This document shows, piece after piece, positions 24,420-37,432 of a DNA stretch of 64,000 nt (its first letter is position 1; the number at the start of each line of letters is the position of its first letter). A model generated the notes under the pieces. The model was not told the DNA's origin and made no database searches. It worked only from the letters and a program-made list of their open reading frames with translations. The stretch comes from Octopus sinensis (lineage: Eukaryota). The stretch spans positions 27,838,001 to 27,902,000 of the forward strand of contig NC_043021.1 in NCBI RefSeq assembly GCF_006345805.1. The letters are read 5' to 3'. The position numbers and the translations under genes are program-made.

Positions 24420-27186
24420 CTTTCAACTTTAATTTTCTGCATAACCCTAATACGTGTTGCAGGCGAACTGAAGAGAACAGGGAAAAGATATAAAATTGGC
24501 GACAAGAACATAAGTCATCCATTTTATATGGATGACTGAAAACTCTATGGCAAAGACGATAATGAGCTTGAAGGACTACTACGTACTGTGAAAGCATTCA
24601 GTGATGACATTTGGGATGGAATTTGATCTGAATAAGTGTGCAAAGGCCACTTTCCAGAAAGAGAAACTGAAGACCTCACATTCAGTGGTGTTGGATATTG
24701 ATAGTCATAAAAGTACTCGAGTAGGAACAAACTTACAAATACCTCGGAATAAATGAGGGCTCTGGCATTCAACATGAAATTATAAAAGAGAAGATCAGAA
24801 AGGAGTATTACAGGAGAGTTCGAGCATTCCTAAAATCCGAGTTAAATGCGCGTAACAAGATGTTAGCTATAAATTCCTTTTCAGTTCCCGTTGTTATTTA
24901 TAGTTTCAATGTGTTGAACTGGAATATGAGCGAAATATGGAAGATTGGCAGGAAAATCCGTAAGCTGCTGACTTGCAATGAGATGCACCACCCAAAGGCA
25001 GAAGCAGATCGAGTTTGCCTGCCTAGAGCTCAAGGAGGTCGAGGCATGATCCAACTTGAAATCTTCTACAAAACCACCATAATTGGACTGGCAAAATATC
25101 TTGAAAACCATGAAAGACGTAAGAAGCTTCATTCTGTTATGCTTGAGAGAAAAAGTTTTCAAGTGAGTTTATACATAATATCCAGGTTGAACAACATGAG
25201 GGAAATGCGGTAAATGTAGTTGCAAAGAAGGTGAAATCAATAGCAAAGCAAAATGTGCTTAAACAATTGGCCGATAGGTGGGAAGAAAAACCTCTGCATG
25301 GCAAATATGTGGCTCATAGCAAACAAGCTGATATAGACCAGAAGCACACCCATCAGTGGCTACGGAGATTAGGGCTAAAGGCAGAGAGTGAAGGCTTTAT
25401 CTTGGCTGCCCAAGATCAGAGTTTGTTGACTCGGAACTAAAAAGCCAGTGTGATGAAAAATGGTGTAGATCCAAAGTGCTGATACTGCAACGATGGGATA
25501 GAAACAACTGACCACCTAATCTCTGGATGTAAGGTTTTAGCATCTGTAGAGTACAAATCAAGATATGACAGAGTTAGCCAATATATACATTGGATAATGT
25601 GTCGGCATTATAAAGTCAAAACTGCTGACAAATGGTACAAACACCACCGCGAGGGAGAAAATGTAATTAGTCTTTGGGACTTCCCAGTATGTACAGAGTG
25701 GACTGTCAAGGCAAACAAACCAGATATTGCTGTGAAAGACGAAAGCAATAAAGTCTGTTTATTGATTGACATGAGTATTCCCTGTGACCATAACATCTTG
25801 GCACAGTTATTAGTCTTCTTTTACATAGGAACCACCCAGAGTTACGCATTTCTCCCATCGTTTGATGCAGCTCTGGAGACCGTTTTTGTAGAAGACCCCA
25901 GCTTGGTCCTCCAACCACGACGTGACTTAAGAAATCAAGGCTGCATCATCTGGGAAACGCTTTCCTTTCAAAAACAACTTCATGGCTGGGAAGAGGTGAA
26001 AATCCGAGGGTGCAAGGTCAAGAGAGTAGGGGCATGGGGGAGGAGTTCATAGCCGCACGCCTGTGCTTCTGATCTGGCGACCATCGAGTTGTGGACCGGA
26101 GCGTTGTCCTGCAGGAAGAGGATGCCTTTGCTGATCTTGCCCCGCCTCTTGATTTTGATAGCTTCTCTTAATTTCCTCAAAAGTGAAGCATAATAGGCTC
26201 CTGTAATTGTGGTACCCTTTGCCAGGAAATCTGTCATCACTACTCCGTCCTGGTCCCAGAAGACTGTGAGCATGACCTTGCTAGCGGAGGGCTGCACCCT
26301 TGCCTTCTTTGGAGGAGGTGAGTCACGGTGCTTCCACTGCATTGACTGGGCTTTTGTCTCTGGATCATAGTGATGGACCCAGGTTTCATCCTGTGTAATC
26401 AGTCTTTTGAAAAATTTTGACTCATCTTCTTGGCACATCTCCAAATTCATCCTCGAGCACTCGGTCATATGATGGGGCATCATCACCATAAGTTACTTTC
26501 ATTTCATCAAAAGTCTCCCTTGGTGTGCGTCCTTTCAAATATAAAAAGTGGATCACTGCCCGACACTCAACAGGCTCCATTTCACACTTGACTCAGTTCA
26601 AACACCTGTAAATCGAAGACCACAATTAGTTCAGAGCTGTAATTTGCCACTTAATCTATAGAGATAAAAATAATTGTACATGCAAAATTTCAGCTACATC
26701 AAACAACTGCAAGCGGGTCAAAGGCATTACTTATTGAACGCCCCTCGTAAACTCAGAAAGTATAAAGATTTGCTAAGCGAAATCGAAATCGAAAAGGTGT
26801 GGCATCTAGAGACGATTATAATATTAGTGATTGTAGGAGCACTTGGAATGATAAAAAACAGGAACTGAAAATTATTTAAGAATGATCCCTGGCTTATCAT
26901 CCATGCAGGAAGTGCAAAAGATTGTCTTAACTGGTACGTCACACGTATTGAGAAGAGTATCGTCGCCGGGAATTTTGGTACCTTTTTCCTTTTTTATTTT
27001 ATTTTACTTTTCTATTTTTCATTTTCTATTTTTCTCTTTGTCTCCTCCTTTTTCTCTATCACATGACTTTGTAAATGTACAATCTGGTGTGTTTATTTGA
27101 ATGGCCTACCAATGTATACAGTACGTTTCTCTGCCCTACGTGTCAGGAAGGCACTCGGCAAGAAATGGAAACAGAATTGAAATTAG
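24420..27186 (+). mobile_element. R4/Dong-like LINE (RT plus RLE), interrupted by a mariner
   Basis: YMDD at about 24526; ELNARNKMLAINSFSVPV; LGLKAESEGFILAAQDQSL; KPDIAVKD; LRKYKDL resumes at 26750; ends in (AAT)n. Confidence 0.85.
25810..26749 (-). mobile_element. mariner transposase pseudogene inserted in the LINE
   Basis: TQDETWVHHYDPETK, DNAPVH, frameshifted HPPYSPDL region; one TIR (TACGAGGGGCGTTCAATAA, minus strand). Confidence 0.9.
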
Positions 27187-27248
<62 letters not shown>

Positions 27249-27409
27249 TTCGGTTTTTTGGGGTTTGCACGATTCTTTATATGAATTCTTGTGTTGAAGT
27301 ATATTTTATTGTGTCTGGGGAGAGTAGTTCTGTTTTAATGCTTTATTAATTAACACACTTACCGGCTCGATTTCCACTCAGTTACTTATTTATCTTTTCT
27401 AAATAACGA

Positions 27410-27446
27410 CTATTGAGGAGGTTGCAAGAAGCAGCGAAAATTTTAG
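27410..27446 (+). ncRNA. Minimal hammerhead-like motif (U3 variant) between inverted arms
   Basis: CTA-TTGAGGA-G-GTTGC(aagaa)GCAGC-GAA-AATT-T-TAG; stem I is only 3 bp. Confidence 0.5.
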
Positions 27447-27629
27447 AAAAAAATAAGTAAATGAGTGGAAATCGAACCGGTGAGTGTGTTAATAAGGCAT
27501 TAAAACAGAATGACCCTCCCGAGACGCAAGATAATAATAATAATCCTAAGAATTTCAGCGGCCCTTTGCCTCTCCATAATATTAACGCTAATAATGATGA
27601 TAATAATAACAATAATAATAATAAACACA

Positions 27630-28015
27630 ATAGGCTGCATGGTAAGAAACTGGCTTTCCACCACATAGTTCCGGGTTCAGTCCCACTGCGTGACGCGTTG
27701 GGCAAAGTGTTTTCTGCTATAGCCGCGAGCCGATGAAAACATTGTGAGTGGATTTGGTAGACGGAAACTGAAAGAAGCCCGTCATATATATATGTGTGTG
27801 TGTATGTGTTTGTGTGTGTGTGCGCGCGTGTGTGCGTGTGTCCCTCCCCCGCCATCACTTGACAACCGATGTTGGTGTGTTTACGTCACCAAAACTTAGC
27901 GGTCCGGCAAACGATACCAATAGAGTAAGTGCTAGGCTTACAATAAGTACTAGGCTTTCTTCGACTAAAAACGGTGTTCCAGCATGGCCGCAGTCAAATA
28001 ACTACAAGAAGTAAA
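27630..28015 (+). mobile_element. Family-C SINE
   Basis: GGTTCCGGGTTCAGTCCCACTGCG-like head; CAGCATGGCCGCAGTC tail. Confidence 0.8.
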
Positions 28016-28854
28016 AGAATGTAAAAATGTAAAAGAATGTGTGTGTGTGTGTGCGTAAATATGTGTGTGTGTGTATGTCTGTGTGTGTGTGTGTGCGTAA
28101 ATATATGTGTGTGTGTATGTCTGTGTGTGTGTGTGTGTGCGTATATATGTATGTGTGTGTATGTGTGTGTGTGTTTGTGTGTGTGTGTGTGCGTGTGCAT
28201 ATAAGTTTCGTGCCTAATTTATAGACTACTATATTATCTGAGATGTTCAGCCACATTTATGAAACTACGTAGTTCTTAGTACGGCCGATTTCATTACTAT
28301 TTCCCGCTGGGCGAAACGACCGCTACGTTCAATGGTCATCATTTGCTGTGGTCACAGTTTCTCATTTCCAAAACTACTCAACTCTTTTGACATATCATGC
28401 GTGTCCTCCATTGAACTTCGTAAGAAATTTTACAGCGAGATGACCGCACGCATTTACCTTGAGATCGATAACTGATTTCTAGATACGATAGTAATACTTC
28501 GTAACTCGAGGTAAACACTTCACTTGTTGTTTACGGCAAGATTTGAAGAAGCAAAAAAATCTCCAACTGCAAACCTGTATTGTGATAATGAATGAATCAG
28601 TGCCCTTTATCCTTAAGGTAACATGGAAGGAAATAATTATACTAGCTTCGATATTAGAACATATAATGCTTGAAAACACTCTTGAGAGTTGCTATCCGGA
28701 ATATATTTGTAGGAATATTACAGAATGCAATTTTCCTAAGAATCCCCAGGAGTTCAGTTTATTTCAATATAAAATATTCTCCTTGTAGGAAAGAACACGA
28801 GAAAACTGTGGACTAAGATTTCGGGCTAAAAACATAAATATGCATAATATATGT

Positions 28855-28897
<43 letters not shown>

Positions 28898-29151
28898 GTT
28901 GTTGTTGTTGTTGGTGTATGTACGTGAACAAAAGGACTGTAAAGACTCAGGGAGATTTAGATTCGCTAATAATAATGTTTTCTTTGCATTATTCTTATTT
29001 TAGGTTTTTTAGTGAAAAATGCAAAAGAAAGCAATGAAGAAAGAAAAAACAAAAACAAACCCACAAAAATTTTGGAGAATATTTCCTTATTTTCATATGA
29101 AAGAACAGATTAAATTTATACATATTTATGCCTATATGCATACACACATAA

Positions 29152-29209
<58 letters not shown>

Positions 29210-29544
29210 GTATATACATATATATATTGCAATATATAAGGGCTTAGAGGAATATTCTGACAAAAATCTCATGGATTTATGAACGAAATCCCACATAGAA
29301 AAGTTGCTGCTGATAAAATTATTGGAATATTTTCTTCTAACTGCCTGGGCTTATGGTGTCATGTTCGCATTTTGCATACATCTTTTAGCTTTCAGTATTT
29401 TCTCTCCCCTCACACACACACATACAGACTCACACACACACATATACATATATACATATTTGTGTGTGTGTGTGTGTATCAGAATATATATCATATTTTC
29501 CTTATCGCTCTGTGATCTTTCATATAGAATATGTATATACGCGT

Positions 29545-29892
29545 ATGAATGTATGTAGGAAAAACCCTCTTCGCTCGCGAATGACCAAAGGACTGCACCA
29601 CGAATGTACCCTTCAGAGGCACAGGTCCGGCGAGGTTGTTTTCTGGAACCACCATTCTACCCTGTATTCTAGTCTCCCCTTTCCATGTCACCGATGTTAT
29701 CCGAGGGAAAGGTAAAGACCGATACAGCTTGGAACCAGTGACATCGCAACTCATGTATACACCTGAGTGAACTAGAACGACACAAAATCAGTTGTTTTCC
29801 GAAAGAACACAACACACAGCCTGGTCCAGGAATCGAACTCACAGCCTCATGTTTGCACGCCCTATTCTGCAACCACTGAGTCATACGCCTTC
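29545..29892 (-). mobile_element. Family-D-like SINE
   Basis: Minus head GAAGGCGTATGACTCAGTGGTTG and B box GAGTTCGATTCC. Confidence 0.6.
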
Positions 29893-29894
29893 AA

Positions 29895-29925
<31 letters not shown>

Positions 29926-30515
29926 TGTATGTATGTATGTATGTATGTATGTATGTATGTATATATGTATGATTACTTCCCCTCGCTGCATTTCTCGAAC
30001 ATTTCCTTAAACCACCATAGCTAACCGTTGGACAAACATTACATGTTATCAATAAGCATATGAAACAAGACAAATAGATATTATTCTTTATAGCAGGAAT
30101 AAAACCATGATCATGTTTTGTTTACAGAAAAGTTGAAAATAAAAACTAATATTAAAATATATTCAAAAATTTGACCAATAAAATTTAGCCGATTTGTTTT
30201 ATTCATTTTTATTTTCTTTTTCAAATCCAATTATCACAGATTATATTGCAATGGTCGCTAAGGGAAGAGAAATAAACTTATTACAATGATTAATCTCTTC
30301 TGAATATATTTGGTTTGAATTAGAATATGAAATGAATTGGGAAAACATACAATAGAAGACGACTGAAATACCGTAACAATAAAAGCGTTTTCCACTGATG
30401 TGGCAGCATGAGTGTTGTAAACATGCCTGGCTGCTGAGATGGCGATGTAGTAAAAAGGTTTATCAGGAAGCCAAGAGATTAGGAGTTTGAGTCCATAAGA
30501 AGCAACATAAGCTTA

Positions 30516-30879
30516 TCTCTATGTATATATTCGGCAAAATGTCAGTGTGTGTGTCCTTTATACAAATCCACAATTTTTCCGTTAGAGGGCTCGCACTTTC
30601 TATGGTTATTTAAAACCGGCCAAGGGTGGTCGTGCATATCTTTACATTTCCCCAGTCACCCCGCAAAGCCATTAAAAGATCAATAGAAGTGACTTTTTTG
30701 TGAATTTTCTATCCTAAACCCAATCAAAATGCCCGAAACTTGATACGTCAATTGAATGCCAGCTAGCTGTATGTGATTGGTCGGAGATTTGGACAGTACT
30801 CATGTGTATGTGCGTACGCACGCAGCTGTATATGAATGCACTAGCAGTATGACCCGGCGTTGCCGGATCATAGTGCTAG
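30516..30879 (+). mobile_element. Non-autonomous Helitron with palindromic 3' cassette
   Basis: A|TCTCTATGTATATA start; 41-bp hairpin 30840-30880 ending CTAG|T. Confidence 0.7.
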
Positions 30880-31210
30880 TGTTCTATAAATTGGTTTCAG
30901 CTCGAGCTGGTCGATAGGGTGTTAGTGACATCCCTTTCGCAGTACATCGCCGAGCTAGCGCAGTGGCAGCAGTCGAACGCTAAGACATTGCAAGGGAGTG
31001 TAATGTGAAGGTAGTGAGGTCAATATCTTCAGTGATTGAAGTTGGGATGTCTAAACGACAATGTAACCTTCATGTAATTATGCTAACTTCGGCCAGATGA
31101 GTATCTAGCTGAAACCCCCTAGTTGAACAAGTATTACGTCAGAGGATCTGCTATCTAGAAAACACAGGTAGCCGGGATCTTACATGTTCCATTCCCTCAA
31201 TGTAGAAATG

Positions 31211-31250
<40 letters not shown>

Positions 31251-31301
31251 TATATAATAAAAAATAAACTTTAAAAAAATCTTTATTAGTGACCAGCATA
31301 C

Positions 31302-31333
<32 letters not shown>

Positions 31334-31411
31334 ATAATTTAATAAATAAAATATATGCATACATACATACATACATACATGTACGTACCTACATCTACAT
31401 GTATATATACA

Positions 31412-31500
<89 letters not shown>

Positions 31501-32254
31501 GAGTACAGGACACCACAAATAGACGTAGAACTCAACGAGAAACGAAAACATAAAAACATGGAAACGGACTTTTTTTAACAACGAAAAAACAGAGCGCAAG
31601 ACAAACAATACAAGGAACATTCCCCTTCATCAGCTATCCCCGGTTCGACTCCATGCGTGTTTCGAAGGTAAGGACATAACGCGACCTACGGACCGGTCCT
31701 TCCTGCAAAGGAATTAAATAAAATTCCTTTGCAGAGGGGTAACGAGGAAAGAAAAAAATGTGACAAGAACAGGACGTAAAAGCAATACAAATAAAAATAC
31801 AAATCGTCTAGGCTTAAAAAAACGCCCTCAATGTTGGGATTCTTTGTCCTGTTTTTATTCTTTATGTGTACTGTATTTTTTTGTATTTGTATTTGTATTT
31901 TGTATTTGTATTTTGTATTTGTATTTTTATTTGTATTTTTATTTGTATTGTAGCCAATGCCTCATCCCTTCCAACTATCCCCTCTTTTCACCGCTTAAAC
32001 ATTCTTTACGCTGTCATCGATTTGCTGAGGGTGAAGAAGCGCAGGAAGCGGGGGGTTGTGAGTCCAGCCGAAAAACCTTCTCAGATGGACTAAGCAAGAT
32101 TATGGACCGAAGTACAGTGAAAAACAAGGAAACTACATCGAAGAATTCTCTCATTTTCCAACCACTGCTTCCATCGCCGTGGAACGACATTTGTCTTTCG
32201 AAATCTCTGCCATCCTGCTGCTTTCTTCCTTGTTATGATATTAATTTTACCATT

Positions 32255-33260
32255 TAGCAATTATTTGTAATTTCCAATTTAGACGGCCTGAATCCGGGGA
32301 GGATGCACTGCTTCCTCCCCCTTCCAGATCAATGCTAACGTCCGAAACGCCATCATATTCGCTTTTTAAAATGTTTATCGTTAAACTAATGCCATATTTG
32401 TGAAACATTGTCCCATGAGAGTTCTCTACATTGTTTGTTGACATTACACTATGTATATCACTGTCTATACATAGATGGATGCAAAGATAGAAAATAAAGA
32501 GATATGGATAGATATATATAAACGTACACATAAGTGTGAAGACGTGCGTGTATCACAATATGTTGTCTATGAGTATGTTTACACTGGTTAACACTTATTG
32601 AGTTTGTTATATCTCTAAAAATCCTGTTACTTCCAACTCAACACACAGAAATACGAGATCGATGTGATTCTGTGAAGGAGGACGCCAGTACTACTGCAGA
32701 ACGACGACTGAAGCGAGTGCAAAAAGATTTATGAATAAAAGAATAAAGGAATACAACAATGAAAGAATGAGAACTGGTTGTTATATTACTGTGGTGTTGA
32801 CATAAATGTCTGACTCGGTCAACATGCTCGCAGACACTCGATATAGCCAGAGACAAACAATAACGAACAGGGGTATCTTCACAATTTGTGGTGGTTTGTA
32901 TATTCTCCGATTCAACCTTGATTAAGCAGGCTAATGATCAAAAGCAATCAGACTCTGATCCTCCAATACTTTTGTAAATAAATATGTGTGTGCATGCATG
33001 TATGTGTGTGTATTATATTATATATACTATTTATCTCTCTCTCTCTCTCTAATAATATGTGTGTGTATATGTGCGTACCTATACACGCATATACATATAT
33101 GTATATACAAATATATGCTATATATATGTATATATATTCATATATCTATCTATACGTACATACATAACATACATACATAAATACATACATATATATATGT
33201 GTGTGTTTGTGTGTGTATGTGTATATACATGCATACATACATACATACATATACATAAAC

Positions 33261-33291
<31 letters not shown>

Positions 33292-33314
33292 CATACATGT
33301 ATGTATGTACGTAT

Positions 33315-33369
<55 letters not shown>

Positions 33370-33774
33370 CATCAAGAATATCAAATCCTCTTAAAGAGAT
33401 ATTACTATCCAAGTTCCCAGGTTTTATCCAGAACTTCAGTGAAAAACCAACAATGTGAATTTCACGTAGATGGATATTCTTGTATGAGAAAAAGGAAATG
33501 GAGAAATTAATATACAGACATCAATTTATTTGAACAAATTCAATTCAGTATAACGTCAAATTTTTTACACCTACAGCTGTTTGCATACCCAATTAAGTCA
33601 GGTTTGTATGTCGACATTTGAAGGAAAATGAAATAAGTAAAAACAGACCACCGGAACCACTATATATTGCAACTTCACCTAAATTGCTAAATTACAAATC
33701 ATGTGTAAGCATGTGTACAATTGTATGTATGCATGCCTGCATCTGTGTATATAAATGTGTATATATGTGTGTGA

Positions 33775-33806
<32 letters not shown>

Positions 33807-33826
33807 ACACACACACACACACACAC

Positions 33827-33903
<77 letters not shown>

Positions 33904-34810
33904 TTCTACCTACAGCTGTTTCCATACACAATGAATTCAATTTGAGGAATTAAATTAAATTTGATACAGATGTAAGCATATTAATCGTAAGATACCGCCT
34001 GTAAATATGTTTTCAGAAACTACCATTAGATGTAATCTAAAGACTGAATTAGGTATAATAAGTAAGGTTACTGGAACCTTGAATTGGGCGGTGTCTCATG
34101 ATTAATATGCTTACATCTGTAACTAAAACGACTTAATAATTCTTAACAGATATCGTATTAATATCAAAGTATAATTTAAATGGTTGATATGAATATAAGG
34201 TTTAATGTACAGGTAATAGTAGTATATATATATATATTATATATAGTTTACCGAAACTTTAATTTTGACGCGTACCGCGAGAATATATTATTGATAGCTT
34301 ATGAATGGTTAATTAATTTAAGTTGGATATAAATGCATTAATTTAATATTGGTTTTAAGTTTTATTAATTTCTTAATTTGATTTGTAAATATTTATGTTT
34401 TCCTTGATTAGATCGTTAAATTATTTTCTCACTATTGTACACCAATATCGATGACGTATTATTCAACTATGGCAAAGTAGTTTTGATTCGTCATTATGTC
34501 ATAGCTTTCAAATCTTTATAACACACACGCACAAATATATAGGAATAGTAATGGTTATTTTTTAAAATACACCTGTTGCTAAAACACACGTATCTGAGTC
34601 TATCAAAACACGTTGGAATGTAATTCCTTTCTAACAAATTCTCTCCTCTGACAAAATACTCAATTTACGATATTCAATATGAAAATTTGACTTAATTTAA
34701 TTCCTGAAATTGAATTAATTGGGTATGGAATGAGCTGTAGGTATAAAGAATTTGATGTTATACTGAATGGAATTTGTTCAAATAAATTGATGTCTGTATA
34801 CATACATACA

Positions 34811-34889
<79 letters not shown>

Positions 34890-35511
34890 ATATACATATA
34901 CATACGTACATATACACACATGAATACATAGATGCATGCATATATACAATCGTACACATGCCTACACACTTTATGATTTGCAATTTAGATGAAGTTGCAA
35001 TATATGTGAAGTGAGGGACGCATCGGTTCCTGTGCTCGGTTCCTGACTTGGCCGGAATATGGATTCAGTAAGTAATGACTACGTGTACCCAGTTCTATTG
35101 TGGCTAGCCATGTGATATTTTCTTCTTCGTGTTAGCTGTACAACTCAAGATTTCAGTAACTGCCTGTGAAATGCTGTCTGCAAACACGATTTGTAGTTTC
35201 GTATTTTTCTATAAGGATTAGATAAACTTATGGGATACGTAATTTCACGTAGATGAGTATGCGTTATTGAAATGATACACTTGCGACTTTTGTTAGCATG
35301 GCTAGGCTAAGGCTTAGATACGTAGATGCCTTCATGAGGCTTGTAAAGATTTATGTTCATAGGAAGCTTCCCAATGAAAGATTGCTGTATTATTAGAGAG
35401 AGTGGAAATCCTTCCGCTCTCGTTCGCGACCAATACCTTGGTCAGCTGAATGATTCGGAGATAACAGGAGCTTTTCATTGGGCTTCAGAGACTTCAAACA
35501 ACCCACAATAA
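32255..35511 (+). pseudogene. Decayed GH18 class III (hevamine/narbonin-like) chitinase gene
   Basis: Colinear motifs across frames: IIFAF*NVY..KHC, STLFVDITLC, KYEIDVIL/GG..Y, AKRF, GVDINV, DYVY/QFY, IGSFP, GAFHWASE*. Many stops and frameshifts. Recognised by eye. Confidence 0.55.
33965..34121. repeat. Short inverted-repeat element, about 35-bp arms
   Basis: TACAGATGTAAGCATATTAATC..ACCGCC pairs with GGCGGT..GATTAATATGCTTACATCTGTA. Confidence 0.8.
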
Positions 35512-36014
35512 AATCACAGTAACTGCATTAAAGGCTTTCGCTGAACGACGTTTTCGCATAAACTATTCAATTTTCAGTTAATGGCAATTTTTAATGTATC
35601 CGAAATGTCTATTGATGAATTTTCAATACGGCTAATATGTTTCCTCTTTAAAATTCAAAGTGCATTGTTCTAAAGCGTATTGTGTGTGTGTGTGTCTAAC
35701 ATTTCTATATTACCACAATGTCGTATATCTCTGAACAATCATACACGCCATACTTATGCAAAAGAATCAGTTTGATGGAAGATTCAACAAATGCGTGATT
35801 TGGTTTTCATCAAATGGTGGATATTAATCAATAGCTGTTACATATATCTCAATAGCTGTTACATATGTTATTGCAGTTCTTTGCGTTGACGCGGCTCTTA
35901 AAATGCTTAACGCTATTACTTTCACAATACTACGTTCTGCGTTCTATTCCCACCGATGTCATCTTTGGCTTTCCTCGGCAAAACCTCTCTCGTCAAAATT
36001 GCTCTCTCTTTTTC

Positions 36015-36052
<38 letters not shown>

Positions 36053-36054
36053 AA

Positions 36055-36330
36055 CTAGCAATCCATCTCACCGTTGCCCGGGTATTACTTGCTTCTTTCA
36101 TTGTATTACTTTCTTATGGGCAGAATCTGTAATCCGGGGAACATTGAAAAAATATCCATCTTGTCCATTCCACGGAATGAGATTATACTGGAGAGCATCA
36201 TAAGAGGGATGAGTCTGTGAAACACGTTTAAGGTTGTCATCTTGAACACGAATGAGAATATCAAGATTTTCATCGAGATCACCAACCAAAAGGATGGCTA
36301 CCTCATTAGATGCGGGCTCATTAAAACACC
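36055..36330 (-). mobile_element. Helitron RepHel fragment joined to a Helitron 3' end
   Basis: LDILIRVQDDNLKRVSQTHPSYDALQY..GQDG is the Rep N-terminal motif; minus-strand CCCGGGCAACGG..CTAG|T end. Confidence 0.75.
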
Positions 36331-37134
36331 ATAAAATGTTCTTTACTATAGTGTACTATAGACGTAACGAACGCAGCAACACACATAGATGCACATACAC
36401 ACATACACACACCACACTCAAAGATTTGATAATACTGAAAGCACCAAACCGTACATACTAAGTTCAAGCGAAACGAAATGTAGTCAATGTTGGTGCAAAA
36501 CATGCTTTCTGTAACATAGTTATGCTATAAGAAAGTATAGAAAGTCAAGGTTTATTGGGAACATGTACTAAATGTTATAAAATGTCACGGTAAAGAAAGT
36601 GAAAGTCCAAGAAAATTCAGAAGGCATTATTCAATTTTTCATACATAAATAATTTATGTTATAATTTTGAAACGAACGCTGAACCAAGTGTATAAAAGGG
36701 AAGATGATGTTTTTGAACTGTGTAACATTATGGGCTGTTGAATAAAGACTGAGTAACGCAGCAAAAAGGTTGTGCGAAACTGATACTCGCAGTGATGAAG
36801 AATACAAAGGCTGTTAAAAAATCATTATTTTGAAACTGGTGAGAAGTGGAATAACATTTGCGTAATCATATTAAAAGAGCCGCTGAGACTTTCTACTTCG
36901 CCAAGTTTCTGAATTCGTTATAACAACAAGAATAATATTTTGTTTTTTCAGATATATTTGCGACTATTTTGAGTGGAGTTAAACCAACCAAATCTTCATG
37001 CTGGTAGTACTTGAAAGGGAATGTTGTTTGTTTGAAGTCCAGGCCGCAAGTAATCATTCAATATCGGCGTGTTTCACTGCTGGGTGGGGAGTTACATACA
37101 TGAACTACGTTACATACATGAACTAAGTTACATA

Positions 37135-37432
37135 CATGGCCTAGTGGTTAGAGCAGCGGACTCGCAGTCGAGGAATCACGGGTTCGAATCTCAGACCGGG
37201 CGATGTGTGTGTTAATGAGCGAAACACCTAAGCTCCATGCGGCTCCGGCAGAAGGTAATGGCGAACTTCTGCTGACTCTTTCGCCACAACTTACTCTCAT
37301 TCTTTCTTCCTGCATCTTGCAGCTCACCTGCGACGGATCGGTGTCCCGTCCTAGTGGGGAACCTATACGCCAAGAAACCGGGAAACCGGCCCTAATAAGC
37401 CAGGCATGGCTCGAGAAGGAACAAACAACAAC
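37135..37432 (+). mobile_element. Family-A SINE
   Basis: TGGCCTAGTGGTTAGAGCAGCGGACTCGC head; near-identical to the 5539 copy. Confidence 0.85.

Noticed and set aside
30340-31100. Third GH18 relic (EAKRLGV*V, ECNVKVVRSI)
   Set aside because: Motif matches are too short and not colinear enough to support.
31590-31680. CTGATGA and GAAA on the minus strand as a hammerhead
   Set aside because: Stems I and III do not form convincingly.
32247-32930. Two phase-compatible minus-strand exons (32790-32930 and 32247-32464)
   Set aside because: No recognisable domain. Plus-strand GH18 motifs explain the region better, though RNA-seq could overturn this.
35090-35275. Shared in-frame TGA codons suggesting TGA=Trp/Sec or a NUMT
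   Set aside because: The same frames contain TAA and TAG stops; better explained by decay or intron sequence.
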